Of a stretch of 61,133 nucleotides of DNA, positions 12,740 through 26,860 are shown piece after piece. This DNA is from Aplysia californica (lineage: Eukaryota). Below the pieces are notes generated by a model. The model worked only from the letters and a program-made list of their open reading frames with translations, had not been told where the DNA came from and did no database searches. Position 1 is the stretch's first letter. Each line of letters begins with the position of its first letter. The stretch lies in the NCBI RefSeq assembly GCF_000002075.1, contig NW_004797425.1, positions 577,359 to 638,491 of the forward strand, in the 5' to 3' direction. The position numbers and the translations under genes are program-made.

Positions 12740-14465
12740 AACGGTTGACTCATTGTCACTCATACTTTGTACAGCACTTTGTATAAATTTGTTTAAACTT
12801 AATCATATTTTTCCACAACAGTTGAGATTTAAAAAAAACTTTTCTTCATTAAAATACTACAAATCTCTTTCACGCAGAAAATGGAATTCTTCACAGCACT
12901 TCCCGCTTCTCACGCACATTCTGCATACGCATACTACGACTTACGTCACAGCTCACTAGTGACAACTCTTAAGTGGCAAAACTAGTTACAAGAAATTAAT
13001 TTTCTAGTGAAGACTTTTTGGGACTAAGATTTCTCAAAACATGCGTTCAATAAAGATAATCTCGCGATTAGAAAAAAAAAAATGACGGACTTTCTTTTAA
13101 AATCGATATTGTCCCAGCTGTAAACCTTTTAAAATCAGTAGAAACCCCCCTTTGGGATTTTTATTTGTATTTATTAAGGAATTTTCTAGAATAGAGCTAA
13201 TAGGTGTTTACAAAAATATTGATATGTTAAGACAGATTGACACAAGTCACTATGAAAAAGCTGGAGAGTTTATGTTCAATAGTAGATGAGATATTTGACA
13301 ATAAGTCGCGCCACAAATTTTAGACGGCACTTAATCAAAATCGAAGCGGTGGTTTCTACAGATTTTAAAAGGTTTAAGGCTGGGGCATTACATGTATTGC
13401 TTTTAAAAGTAAGTCCATCATTTTCTTTCTGATCGCGATATTATGCTTATTGAATGCATTTTTAGAAACTCTAGTGCAATAAAGTGTTCACTATAAAATT
13501 AATTTCTTGTATAGTGGAATCCTGTTATAACGAGAGGTAGGGGACCGGTGCGAAATGTCCGTTATACCAGGATTCTCGTTATAAGGAATCCAGTAATAAA
13601 TTGAATGGAAATAATGAAGTAGGCCTAATCTATCAGTTTGGTGTTCTTTTTATTTCTTTTTGTTATTTCCCCTGATGATGACATTGTTCAACAAGACCTC
13701 TAGGTCTTACTTGATCAAAAATCAAATCAGGTTTCTTTCTCAAGCGCTAGCGATGTTGACAGCACGGCGCTGGCGATCAGAAAGAATGCGCTCTGTGCTA
13801 ACTCGCCCGCTGTTTTGTCCCCCACCCCATCACACACAGTGGTGTGTTTCGTCTGCTTGTGCACGTTACTACACATTCACTCCATCCATCACAGCATTGT
13901 GACCTCTCTATCCCCGCATCGGAGAAGTGAGGGCATGGGTAGTGGTAGGCCTAGATAATCTAGACTAGGCTGGCCTATCACACGATGAGTTCTGCTTGTT
14001 TGCGCTTACCGCACCCTCCCCACTCATTCGCTCGGACCTTCATTGTTGGCAAACGTGGGCTCTCCTATTCTTTGTGTAGCTCAAGGAGTTGATGTGAGAT
14101 CTTAGGTTTCGCTAGATCACCTACAAGTTTCTCAACTGGCGAGGTGTATATGTATATAACTGGCTTGTGCGCTGTGCACAGCAGCAGCAATATTCCGTTA
14201 TAACCGACTCCCCTGGTTGTCCGATAGCGCTATAGTAGTATTTTATTTACAAAGATAAAGAAGGGAAAAAACGGGGTTTTAGAACAGTGTCTTTATAACA
14301 GACTTCTCGTTGTTTCAGGACTCGTTATATGTGGACTCCACTGTAACATGTTTGCCTCTAAAAAGTGTCATTGGCGAGCTGTGACGTAGGCCCTATGCGT
14401 ATGCGTTAAGACAAATTGATACAAACTGCTGTGCAAAGCATGAGTGACATTGATTCACCTATTAA
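12740..14465. mobile_element. Foldback element with long inverted arms; right arm interrupted by a MITE
   Basis: 12740-13150 is the approximate reverse complement of 13345-13511 plus 14344-14465. Confidence 0.75.
13512..14343. mobile_element. Tc1/pogo-type MITE with TA TSD
   Basis: TA-TAGTGGAATCCTGTTATAACGAG ... CTCGTTATATGTGGACTCCACTG-TA, with subterminal CGTTATA repeats. Confidence 0.8.
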
Positions 14466-16613
14466 AGTTAAAGATATATTTGAGGATAATCTGTGCCACA
14501 AATTTTTGACTGCACTATGGTCTTGGTGTACTTTTAGTTTAAGTAAGACTTTTACGGCTTTTGCAACACAATAGGGTCATTTTAGTGCTGAAGATTAAAG
14601 GTGTTACAAGAAGGTAACAAACGCAAAAAAAAAGAGGTGAGATCAGAACGATAGATCTTAGATAGGGAAAAAGGAGCAAACCGGACCAGACTACCCTACC
14701 CGCAAACCACCTGCAAAGGTGTACATGATGGGGGAAACAGGAATGATTTTCAAAATATAGCCTGATACTAGTGATACAAGGTCAACATTACAGTTACCGT
14801 CTTTCTGCTTAAGCTATGCTCACCTGTGACCTATGTGTGGCATCGTGATGAAATCATGAAATCAGGCGCTCGTCAAAATTATGAATTCTTACCGATTTAA
14901 AAAACCAAATTTTAGCTCAACAGCTTTTATGTCCATCTAAAATCACATTTCAGTGTGGATTTTACAGAAAAACATTGATCAAATGCACAAATAGTGCAAA
15001 TTTGTCATTTCCAAGGAGTCTCAAGCTTTGGAAGTCACCAAACTTGAGTGGCTTCTCTTTATAATTTTTTTTTTGACAGCAGCCCTCCCCCTACAATCGC
15101 AAATATCCCTTTACTATATACTTCTATTCAAAATAGATGGGACATTATTTTCATCAAAAGCAAGACTAATGCACGAACTTCAAAATGATATCAATAACTC
15201 CATTTGCCCCAACATTGACGAGCACCGGATTCCACAGCAGTTTTTGTCTCAATACTGGCATCTATTTAGCTGAGGCCTGTGTTTCCAGTCATAAATAACT
15301 CAGAAATAATGGTAAAGGCCTCTAAAAGATCTAGAATCTGGATCTGTCAACCTTAGGCTACTGTTTGCAGAACTTGTCTGCTATTGGAGACAATTCTTGG
15401 AATATCACAAGTTAAACACACCATTTGTGCTTGCAGAAAAGTAAGAAGTCCAACAAAGCCCAAAATGCTAAAAACATTGTCATGTAAGATGCCTAGCTGA
15501 CGAGAGAGACAAAGGTTTGTAAAAAGCAAGGGAATTTTGCATCCTTATGATATGTAAGTGCAATAAATTACATTAATTAAAATTAATGTGTCAGATTCAT
15601 AGACTTACACTTACAGTCCTACCAAAACAAGAGCCAAATTACAATAGCAGTACCACCCTCAAAGACAGCATTCTCAGACAGTCTGTCTAAAATTAGTCGG
15701 ACCCGTTTTAACGGCCACCTATATAAGAAAATCACCTGTACAAATGGCCACTTCCCACCATGTGTCTTTTTTACATTAACATGCCACTAAGTTTGACTAA
15801 GTGAGACAGCCACTTTTCTCCAATTTTGACTCCACTGCAAAATTCTTAGAATATAATGCTTAACTGTGACGGAAGATTAATTTGGAAAAGGATGCAGAAA
15901 GTGCCACAAGTTCAAGGTTTTGTCTAATCCTGGGATTGTGCCTCTTGCCAATTAACTGAATGTTTCAGGAAACCTAGCAACAATGACCCTTAATTTGGAC
16001 CTGGTAAGTAAAAATTTGCTTGGAGAAAAGACTGCTTGAAGTTGAAGACTTTCTATTACTAGTCTGAACTGTATGAGCTGTGGGCAGTCACTGAGAAGAA
16101 AGGTCATCAGAACAGCAACTTTGAAAAGAAGGATTAGACTAAAAATAGAAAACAAAGAGAAAGGCCAGCACATGCATTTGCTCTGGCAAGATATGCTCAT
16201 TTCTAGCAGATAATCAATTGAAACTTAAATTGTGTCAACGGAGGCATAAAAAAAACTACATTAACATTTTTTTTTTCTATTAAAACTGAACTTTGCCATC
16301 ACAGCTGCAGCAAAGGAAAAAAAAGGAGCCTATTGAATATAAATTGACTGAAAAAATGCTTGTCTGAAAGAGTGTGCATGACTGCAAGTGAGTCTAAAAC
16401 AACACTCGGTGCATAATATTCATAGGCTGACACAGAATCATTTCTGCTCGGCTTAAAATAATTAAAACAAACAAAAACATGGTGTGACAAAAGCGTAAAA
16501 CTCAGTAATAAAGATTTAACCACTCTCTTTATTTCTGTGAAAACCTCTTCGATTCATTCACAGCCTACACACAGACCATAAAAGTATTAAGAATAATGAC
16601 AAATTGTTCCCTC

Positions 16614-16721
16614 TTAAAGTCGTCTTGCTTTCTTTGGTCGGTTTCCATTATGAGGGAGGGGTGTTGTATCTGTGATGGACGCCACATTGATGCCGGACAT
16701 TTGAATTGCCTTCAGGGCAGG
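16614..16721 (-). CDS. MRPS11: MRPS11 exon 7 (last coding exon)
   Basis: [35 protein letters not shown]-stop, the uS11 C-terminal DxTPxPHNGxRP motif; minus-strand AATAAA at 16528-16533. Confidence 0.95.
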   Translation of the reverse strand, partial: PALKAIQMSGINVASITDTTPLPHNGNRPKKARRL

Positions 16722-17512
16722 CTGTGGATAAAACAAAAAAGAAAGCAAACTAAAAGTAACAGCAACTGTAAAATACAGTCAAACCTTGTTATTTCATCCC
16801 CTTCATATCCCCAGGATTGGTTACTGACAGATTTTTCCATCGTATTTGTAGCACTTTTACATCGCTATCCATCGACTGTCTGAGTTGTTTGGTCCTTTAA
16901 AATAATGTAAACTTGCCCCAACACACCACCAGTGAACTGGCAGCCCAGAGGTACACACTACACACGGCGCAAGGCACCAACTTGTTAGATCCCTTTCTCA
17001 TACAAACTTGGCCCCGCGACAAAATATCTGGTATTGTCAGACATTAACCTGGTGACCTCAAAGCTGGCCAGCCTCCCTGAGCCTTTAATTTTGTGAGGAC
17101 TCACATTCAAGTCTACATGACAGGTCTGAATTTGCCACAGCCGTCACATGTGTGGTCACCAAACAAGATTACCCCAAAAATTTCAAACTAAATCCCTCAA
17201 AAGCAATAAAATCAAGCAGAATTCTTTTTCCACATAACTACCCTGCGACTCCCTACAAATCACACTACCGAGCCTGTTTTGTTCTTACCCTTGCACAACT
17301 GATTTTTAAATATTTCTATGAAGGTATTTTTAAAGTCCCAATTGACAACACTTACATCATTTGGGAGGTGGGCTCCCGAGCATAATATAACTGTCTTAAA
17401 ACCTGCTCTATCAGTGCCCAAATACACAAATCCTTTGGCAACAACTTCTGTCTTCCATCCCTGTAGTAGGGAATGACAACTTAGTAAAATTCCTAGAATC
17501 TCTCTCCACATC

Positions 17513-17705
17513 TCTGCCGTGGGTTGACAAAACGCCTTTTTTTTTTCTTCACAGCAGTTTCGAGAAAAGGAGTTTTTTTTGTTAGTGTAGCCTAACGAAA
17601 TTGGAATTTATTCAAAAACTAGTCACAGTTTCACTTTGATTTAACAAATAAAAATTTTGGCGCCAAAATGCAAAAAAAAAAAGCGTTTTGTCAGCTTACG
17701 GCAGA
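17513..17705. mobile_element. Small MITE in an MRPS11 intron
   Basis: tctgccgtgggttgacaaaacgc ... gcgttttgtcagcttacggcaga inverted ends. Confidence 0.7.
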
Positions 17706-18730
17706 TCTAGTGTAAATAAGTGTAAGAATTTAACGCTCTTACCAACACTGCTAGGTCATTTAAGAAGCAGGACCTCCAACTTTAGCTTCATTCTCCAATA
17801 GGAATGAGCCAAATGGGTTGAGGGCCTTCAAAACTCCACAAAACGACCCAAGTTCAAGAATGCCTAGCCTGGGATTCAAACCAAAACCACCCGCTCCATA
17901 GAGCAACACAATACTAACGTAGCACCCTCTCTGCTTGTTTCCCCCTGGCATTGGGTATAGGTAACCAAGACGGTCTGACCACTTGTCTCTGTTCTGTTCT
18001 AGCTCCACCATCTACAACACAGTATTTGGCCAACTGCCTAAAGGATGCTGGATGGACAAAGTCAACAGCAAAACAAACAGAAAGAGGTGGACAAAATATT
18101 GTCGCAACATGGTGAAATCTGGTGCTCCTCAATTTCTAGGCACCTTAAAGTTTGTTCATTTTTCTTGCTTTAGATGAAAAAAAACCCAACCCATTTACCT
18201 TTAACAGAGATTGAGATATCTGCCTTTGAAGGAGGTGTCAGAGGATAACTTTGTGAGAAAGTAGCCGCCAAAGTTTGGCAACCTCCAAAGCTTGAGTGTT
18301 TTTCGAAACTGCAAATTTACATTTGCTGTGCCTGTCATCAACGCTTTTTGGTAAATTCCTCACATAACTGTGATTTAAAATGGATATAAAAGATGCTGAA
18401 TAAAAATTTTTGCCTAAAGGGCAGAAAAATGTTAGTTTCTATCATTTCATTATTTTGAAGAACCCTTGATTTCACCACGATGCCACACATGTTCTTTTTC
18501 GCTTTAGTGCGAGTTTCACGGCACTTGCAACTCAATAACATCATAAAAGTACCGAAGGTGAGAGGCGTTACAAGAGAGCAACAAACACAAAAAAAAGAAA
18601 GAGGAGAGATAAGGACGATAGATGTTTGATACGAAAGAAGGAGCAAACAAAATCAGAGCACCTGCCAACCACCTGCTCACATATCTTCTATTGTGGAAGG
18701 AAAAATAAAGGGTAAAAAAGTATTACACAC

Positions 18731-18796
18731 CAGTCTTCCTGGGCCAATTCCTTTCAGGCACACTCTGACAGTTTTTACATCCTTTCTCTGGACATC
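18731..18796 (-). CDS. MRPS11: MRPS11 exon 6
   Basis: DVQRKDVKTVRVCLKGIGPGRL, the uS11 KGxGPGR motif. Confidence 0.95.
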
Positions 18797-19759
18797 CTGC
18801 AACAGATCATAAAATAGTGATTTTCTTATGCCGTAAATACATCGGATAAACTGTCTTCTCCTTGCCACATGCCCAATAAGAAGAAAACTATAATTCAGTT
18901 GACTTTAAATATGGTATTTAACTCTTGTGAAATTAAATAAATCAATGTCCTTCGAAAATCTAACATATTGCAAATATCTCCAAGCAAGAGACTTGCGTAG
19001 TGAAACAAGTGAGGTAACAGATAAAATAATTTGAGTGTCATTTTAACATTTTCCCCCAGACATCAACATACACAATTTCACTGTAATTCTTGCCTGCATA
19101 ATCAATATTTGGAAGACAGTCCTCCTTTAACAGGTCGCTGTTACAAATCAGTTGTTAATAAAATCTTACGACTGGTTCCTTCCAGGGTACAAAATCGACA
19201 AAGAGGAAAACATGGAACAAAAAGTTTAAGCACAAAATTAGCATTGAAACTTCTAGGCTCTCACACAAACAAAGACATAATATATTAACTTCAATAGGTT
19301 CGGTACACCCTTAACCCCTTAACATGTCAGAATAATAATGACAATCAGCACCAGTTTCCTCTTATCTGTTTCCGACATGTTAGTCCACATCAGTACAGTG
19401 AGTCGGTCTTTCTGCATTTTTCCTCCAGTCATTTAACGTTTTTGTAGTCATAGCATTGATTGGGGAATCCTTTACAAAACAGTCACGCTTTGTCGCACTA
19501 TCAGTGAAAGCCCCCCCCCCTCCCCCAGGAGCTCACTAAACATCAAGGAAATGAGACTTGTGTATTTTTCCTCCTTTACACATGTTCAGGTAAACACAGC
19601 TCCGATTAATACACACACTCAGGAGTTTTCCCAAGCACTATGCCTTTAGGTGGAGACTACTACTGTGCTAATTACTTAGCATTTTCACTAAATAGAGTGC
19701 TTGTCATACAGATAATGAAAGAGTCAAAATAAAAAACAAAATTTTGGAGCGCATCTTAC

Positions 19760-19834
19760 CCCAGCTAAAGCAATGGCTGCTGCTTGGGCTGCTACATTTG
19801 TTCCTTTCCTGGCATTCCGGAAACCAACAGTCCC
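19760..19834 (-). CDS. MRPS11: MRPS11 exon 5
   Basis: GTVGFRNARKGTNVAAQAAAIALAG, the hallmark uS11 GFxxxxKxT.AAQ motif; gtaag donor. Confidence 0.95.
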
Positions 19835-20523
19835 CTAAGAATGGAAATTATGTTACTGGTAGGTTCCATTCACTAAAGAAATAGCAATTCACTTCATACA
19901 TAGAATATAAAAACCCTTTATTTTTAAAGGTTAAAAAGAAAGTACATTAAAAATAACACTTTACATGTTCAGATAAGGAATGAAAATGTGCCTCAGTTCA
20001 TTAACATATTTCGAGTGCTTGTATAACTTTCATGGATTTACCATAATGTGTATACAACACCAAAGGCAAGAACTTATTCATACAAAAAGTAGCAGGACTT
20101 TCAAAATATATCAAAGCGAAGGAAAAATTATGGATCTTCTCAGACATGTGGACATATAATATTGCAAACTGACCATCACATTACACAAGCCAGTAACTAA
20201 AGCTAAAAAAAAATGTATGGTCTAGCTAGAACTATAAAGGTAAAAGATGCATTAATGCTTTAATATGACTACCTCCAATCAAAAGAATATTTCTTTTACT
20301 GGAAAGACCGTAAACTATTCCTTGTCTAATTCTTCCCTTGATGAGTTCAGGAACAGCAGTCTAATTTCATTCCCTACTATTTCGAAGCTTTCAGTACCAG
20401 ATGCAAGTTCTACAAGTAACCTAAAGCACAAGAACATAATTCCTGCAAAATACAGGTTTTGACAGCTCCTTTTCTTTAAAGCATAAAACAAATATCTTAT
20501 CATGCCACTGAAAGTTAACTTAC

Positions 20524-20549
20524 TGCTGACTGTATAGCAAATACTTGTC
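20524..20549 (-). CDS. MRPS11: MRPS11 exon 4 (26-nt microexon)
   Basis: ctttcttttcag|GACAAGTATTTGCTATACAGTCAGCA|gtaagt encodes GQVFAIQSA. It restores phase 1 to 0 and the expected spacing before GxxGF. Confidence 0.88.
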
Positions 20550-21899
20550 CTGAAAAGAAAGAAGTTAATTAAAAATAATTAGAAGATTACTGAATTCCCA
20601 AACATAAAGCTAAACTGTAAACCAACCATTTGCATGGAAATAAATTTTGTATGTATGCATTTTTCAGACTTTCGATATACATATACATTTACTCCATACC
20701 TGGAGTTGTTTTAGCAATGCACTTCCGGTAAAATAAATCCTTCACCCGTGTAATATAGGCTAAGCTGATATCTCACATGTGAAATATAAAAATTTGCAAA
20801 ATTTACTGTGTGCACTATATTCGCCTTTTAAGCTTTTGTAAGGAAAGTATAGACTTGAATCATAATATTCCTAGACCCTGCAATGTTATGGCAGTCGCTT
20901 TTTGCCCTCTGTAAAAACTTTGCTGCGAGGCCCACTCACCATTGGCGCACAAATGAAGTACCAAACACCAATCTCCCACGTCCCTATAGTAGAGAGTAGG
21001 TATAACTCTCTACATTGCCCTTAATCTTGTTCCAAATTGAGTCAAATGGTGTGCGCCATAGTGAACCGGGATTACGTCAGAATGCGGGGAAGCATTTTTA
21101 GTGCAATCCAAGCATTGTAAGCATGTCTAAGCCAAGGGCCTATACTAGCAAACGACTTCCAGCCTTTGGTTTGCTTTGGTTGCAAAGTTTAAAATGAAAG
21201 TTATCTCTATTCTCACAGCAACATGTCATAACAATAAATGCAGTTTCTTAATTTTTCTTCAGCTTGCTTTGCCTATGCTTACGTTGTTATTGTTGTGTTT
21301 GGGGTTTATTTCGCGAAGTGTGGCATACGAATCGCACAACATGCAAATAAGCGTGGCAAAAAATAAAGGAAAACAATCCAGATTTTTTCCAATCCATACT
21401 CTGACTCAGATGGCCATGAACATTTTGTTCTCATGAGAGACTCTTCAAAGGATCTTCTTGTTCAATTGGCTGGTCATTTGAACTTTGTTGGTCTGGATCT
21501 ATTTCGCCAGCTGATATCAGTATGGTATAAAAAATTTATTACACTCGTTATTGAAGTAGACCATGATTTATCCTACTTGTGAAATTGTCAGTCGTAATCA
21601 CTTGTTGTAGCTCGTGATAACAACTTGTCAATTTCACTCGTAGGATAAATCAAGATCAACCATCATAACTCGTGTAAAAAATTATTTATACACACACATT
21701 CCTTTTCTTGGTTCCAAAATAGCAAACATTTCTGCTACAATTTATCTAAGAATTTTTAACCATAGGAAGAAATCCTACTTAAAGATGTTCATCTTTTAAA
21801 TCAATAATGGGAACATGGGAGAAAAAAAAGGAATAGATTATCGCAATGAACTTGTCAGTGAGGAGATCTACAACCCAATCTTAAATCCAATGCACAAAC

Positions 21900-22030
21900 C
21901 TGTCTGTCCATCTGTGGCAGAAATTATAGTATTGTTGCTTGTAGACTTGATGTGAACAACTGGTATATCCAGGTATCTAATACCGTTGAAGTGCTGATTG
22001 TGGGTTTCAGTTGTAGGAAATGAAGTCGTG
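21900..22030 (-). CDS. MRPS11: MRPS11 exon 3
   Basis: TTSFPTTETHNQHFNGIRYLDIPVVHIKSTSNNTIISATDGQT, the uS11 PxxHIKxxxNNT motif; AG/GT borders. Confidence 0.93.
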
Positions 22031-23827
22031 CTGCAGACGAGAAAAAAATATACAAAGATTAGTGCTTGATGGTCTACTGTGATAATAATTTCTTTTCTTC
22101 TTCACAGGCTACCATTGGAACCACTGACAGCTGTTTGACTTGATGGGCTACTATAGTCCACAATATCGAATATTTTCCCTATGCATCTGTACAGGCTTGG
22201 GGCTGTCAATGGCTGGGCTAAAAATGTTTTGGTTCTGAAAAGGTTTGTAAATGTTTTGGCAGTTGTAGTTTGCAGTGGGATTGGGTGGAAAGGGGTACAA
22301 ATAATCAATGACTCAACATTCCTAATACAATGTCAAAACTACCCTGGATGGAAGCTGATCTTTGTAATCATATTTTCACAAGTGTTTTTTGTTCTTAACC
22401 TTAACTCTCATAAAGGGCTGATTTTTCAGCATGCTGTTTGTAACTCTAGACTACATTAGCTGATTTTTCGGCCCAATTCTTTCAATCCTAGAAAAGTGTC
22501 ATTGTTAACTGTTATGTGCTGATTCCATTATGAAAGAGCTTGGCAAATTACAAACTCCCCCCCCCCCCCAAAAAAAAGAACAACAACTGATATTCTTATG
22601 AAGAGCTTGAGGATCAAGGTCATTGCTTTTATAATCACCTTCATTAACTACATTTTCTCCAATTACTTTACAGAAAATATATAGCTCATGGGCCCTGAGA
22701 GCCTTTTGTGGGCTCAAAATTTGGACTTTACATCATATAGTCTACTAATTTTCTTGTGAACATCTGCTCATTCTAGGACAATGAATTGTCAAATTAGGAT
22801 AGGGTTAATAGACCTTAATGTTCTTTTTGCATTGCACATGGAGACCGGAGTGTGGAGTGAACTAAAAGAAATTCTGCAACCAAAGCATTTGTACCACCCA
22901 TAATATAGAGGGAAATTCAAACTTAACCTTCCAAGCGCCCAATACAATGTGCTGTGGTGTCAAGGCTTATTCAAGGTTTTTAGAGTAAGGATAAGAAAAT
23001 AACGAATAGCAAAAGAAGACAGCAAATGAGGTACAGATAACTATACATTTTCCAAAAACCTATGAGTTGAAGAATATTTTTACATTACTGAGGGTTAAAA
23101 GAATAAATGTTTCGGTGACCTTGACTTTCTATAATTGACAATGAATGTCAGATTGTATTTTGTTTGCAAATGTGTCCCTATTCCCTCAGTTTATCTCCAG
23201 TGAATATAAGACTTTTCAGTATAAGCTTTCCGAAAATGTATAGCTATAAAGGATTTTGATGAAAAACAGAATTTTTATACTCCTTCTTCATTCATAGTAT
23301 GTCATGTCATTTTCTAAAAATAAATTCACGATAATGAATATGGAGAACACACTTTGCTTCTTTTAAACAAATGAAATTAAAACAAATAGGCCCTAAGTCA
23401 AACCAAGTGAAATTTTGTCTCTTATAATGCTATTGTATTGTTATATATTCAAACTGACCTTACATGCTCCTCTTTTTGGGAGTTAAACTCTGATCTGTGA
23501 TGTGCACAATAATAAATCTATTCGTTTCACTCACGATGGAGACATCAATTTCTTTAGCTGAATTTAACTTTCTGTTGAATTCGAGTTCCACTATAACAGG
23601 TTGAATTTTAAAGCTTTGTGAACGCTCCAACTTAGTCAATCGGCACAAAATGTCTAAGACAGATTCCCTATAAATACAAATTGGTTAATAAATCATAACA
23701 CATATTTTTCATCCTTAAGATTTCTGCACAATTGCACCCTCACCATTCTGTGATATAGGATTATCTGGCGTCAGTACAATCTAGCCTGTGGACATGAAAT
23801 GATTTTTAAATTCACATATGCACATAC

Positions 23828-23963
23828 CCATAAGTTTTGTCATAGGTAAGAGGTTCTTTGTCTTTTGGAACTAAGTGGCTATCATATGATTCATCTGCCT
23901 GTCGAACAGAGTCTTTACTTCTGTCATATCTCTTGTAGCCTCCCTCAAGAACTGCAGAAGTAC
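23828..23963 (-). CDS. MRPS11: MRPS11 exon 2
   Basis: tttcag acceptor, gtatgt donor, open frame TSAVLEGGYKRY...YDKTYG. Phases 1 to 2 match both neighbours. Confidence 0.8.
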
Positions 23964-24817
23964 CTGAAACAGCACAGGAAAAAAAAAGAGATTTTAGAAA
24001 CGATTTTTACAGCATACAGAGATGTCAGTTGNNNNNNNNNNNNNNNNNNNNNNNNNNNNNNNNNNNNNNNNNNNNNNNNNNNNNNNNNNNNNNNNNNNNN
24101 NNNNNNNNNNNNNNNNNNNNNNNNNNNNNNNNNNNNNNNNNNNNNNNNNNNNNNNNNNNNNNNNNNNNNNNNNNNNNNNNNNNNNNNNNNNNNNNNNNNN
24201 NNNNNNNNNNNNNNNNNNNNNNNNNNNNNNNNNNNNNNNNNNNNNNNNNNNNNNNNNNNNNNNNNNNNNNNNNNNNNNNNNNNNNNNNNNNNNNNNNNNN
24301 NNNNNNNNNNNNNNNNNNNNNNNNNNNNNNNCATAGTCAATTACAGGATGATTCAAACCTTGATGTAATTTTAATGCAGTGAATAATAGCACATGGGACA
24401 CGCAGATGAAACATAAGTTATTTGAAAAAATAATATGATCTGGAAACTACTGGATAGAAGCTAGTCCACTGCAGACTCAAATCTGTGGCAAACTGAATGC
24501 CATTCTCATCTGTTTCCAATGCTCTCAACTGTTCAAAAAGTAATAAGTCTTGTACTTGTACAAAAATGAAACAGACGGAGGTAAAAATTGTTCTTTCAAT
24601 CCCACATGGGTGCAGAAGCACTAGAACTGATTTTTTTAAAGTTGGGGGCAAGCCCCCCTTTATCTCCACAAGTACGTTTCTTTACAAGTATAATATTACA
24701 CTACTAGGTAATTAGGCCTATTATCTTGTATAAAAACATCTTATATATTTCATAAACTAATAATGATAAGGTAGTGTTAATTGCCACCGAGTGACGCGGT
24801 GGCAATTGACAAAAATT

Positions 24818-25892
24818 GACTTTTTGTCAATTGCCACAGAGTAAATTGGAGCTCTTTTGCGTTGGTGGGTTAGATCTAGCTTATTGTGCTCGACAGGGCT
24901 GGATCCTGCTCGTCAAATTTGAGAGTGGCGATTCGCGATTCAGTCGGCTTCAATGAATCGGGAGTACGCGAGCGCTCGTGGAGCTGTGGCGGAACACTGA
25001 CTGAAACGGAACAGTGTCATATCAACGCGTCTTGACGAGCGCGAGTCCCACTCTTGATGTTCCGCCATCCTCTCCGCCCCACACCCTTTGTTGCGCTGCT
25101 CTATCAACTGACCTCAATTAGTGACCCCCCATAAATCCCCCCCCCCCCAACCCCACCATTCGCTAAAACAATGGCTCCAAAAAATTCCTTCTGTCTATTG
25201 GTTGGACCCCGTTCATTTTGTTTTAATAGGGGGGTTGGACTATACCATCTTTTGTAAAATAAGGGGAGCCATACTAAGTGTTCCGTTCCATTCTTGCGCT
25301 CGTGACTCGACTCAGCAGTAGGTTAAACAAGCCACAAGGTGGTGACAGCGACAGGGGAGTAAATCGGGAATCGTTTGGCGATACTGTTCCACGTTCCGCT
25401 GAAGTGAATCGTGAATCGCGTTCCGCAGGAAAGAGTGGCGATTCAGTTCCGTTCTCGCGCTCGTGGCCCAGCCCTAGTGCTCGAGTGCTCGCGTTGTTGT
25501 GCGTTCGCCTCTCTGTCCTTCTGTGTGTGTGTGTGTGTGTATGTGTGTGTGTGTGTGTGTGTCTTTTCCTGACCCCCGTCCCCCGATTTAGGTTCCCCGA
25601 TATAACTTGAATTTCTGCTTGAGTTTGAGTGCGTTTGTGACCTTCTACTTCTAGAATTGCCTGTGTTGGTTCTACACCAAAGTGTAGGCTAAGGCTAGCC
25701 TAGATCTAGGCTTATGTCTCTTTGAAAACACGCCAAGTTGGTACCGTAGCTCTAGACTAGATGCTCGTCCAATGAAATTAGTTGAGAACAAATTGACCCA
25801 TTAGACACACATTATGTATAACTATAATGCTAAAGATAGTGTTGTTTTTCAGACTTGACACCGCTTCACTCGGTGGCAATTGACAAAAAGTC
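24818..25892. mobile_element. TIR element hosting a nested hAT MITE
   Basis: gactttttgtcaattgccacagagt ... actcggtggcaattgacaaaaagtc; an extra palindromic TIR-like copy at ~24775-24815. Confidence 0.65.
24894..25476. mobile_element. hAT-type MITE with perfect 8-bp TSD
   Basis: GTGCTCGA at 24886-24893 and 25477-25484, flanking CAGGGCTGG ... CCAGCCCTA. Confidence 0.88.
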
Positions 25893-26060
25893 AAGATTTA
25901 TCAAGAAACTGAGAAAGCTTCCACAATTCAGGCAGAACTACACATAATTATTATTATAGAAACGATGGCTACTAGATCTAGATCTAGTACTGGGGGTGTC
26001 AAATAGCATGGGAGCTGTTGAGAATGCGGCGTTGCAAATAGCCCCTGCCATTTATAAAAG

Positions 26061-26720
26061 GGAGTGTATACAGACCCGGTAACCGGGAAAAAAGTTACGA
26101 AGTATACAGACCCGGTAAGGGAAATCTTTTGTGATTTCGGAAAGTTTCAGCGCCCTCTTGGCTCAGGGTAGACCTAGGTTCTTCTAGACCTATAGCCTAT
26201 ACACATGTCTAGATCTAGACTGACAGACATTTATAAATCATACATCTAGTTTCGAGGCCTAGATCTAAATGAAGATTGCGGATGTCTTTTCGATGAACGA
26301 TCGTTAATCTTCTATTTTGGAGTTGGATGAATCAATAAGACAATTTGAAGAAAAAAAACAAAGTCATGATTTCAATCAACCAGTCACCCTCTCTATTTGT
26401 CCGCCTCTCTCCCCTCTTTTTCTGCCTCTCTCTCTCCTCTGGGTATACATCGCTCACCTTGCTCTCTTTCTCTTTGTTGTCTATGTCTTTCTTTCTCCCC
26501 TACTAACTTTCTCTCATTCCCTCCTGTCAACTGAGGCATCTGATACAGTGATAGGCTATTTGCCAGCACTTCCCCCTCTTCTCTATCCCCCTCATCTCTC
26601 TCTCATACACACACTCTACCGGGTCTGGGCTCTGAAACTTTCAGAAATCACAAAAATTTCCTGTACCGGGTCTGTATACTTCGTGACTTTGTTCCTGGTT
26701 ACCAGATCTGTATACACTTC
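26061..26720. mobile_element. MITE with ~55-bp TIRs
   Basis: gagtgtatacagacccggtaacc..aagttacgaagtatacagacccggta is mirrored at ~26664-26720. Confidence 0.8.
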
Positions 26721-26860
26721 GTTTATTTATTATTTTATTTCATAAAATCATTCAGATGGAAGGATAATTCGTCGAATTTCTCTCAAAATCAAGATTCTAG
26801 AATCTAGATCATCTAGAACTTTACTTTTTTATTTAAAAAATTTTTAGAAGAGGGTTTGGT

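Noticed and set aside
20698-20730. Candidate MRPS11 microexon GKCIAKTTPG
   Set aside because: No AG acceptor and wrong exit phase; 20524-20549 fits perfectly.
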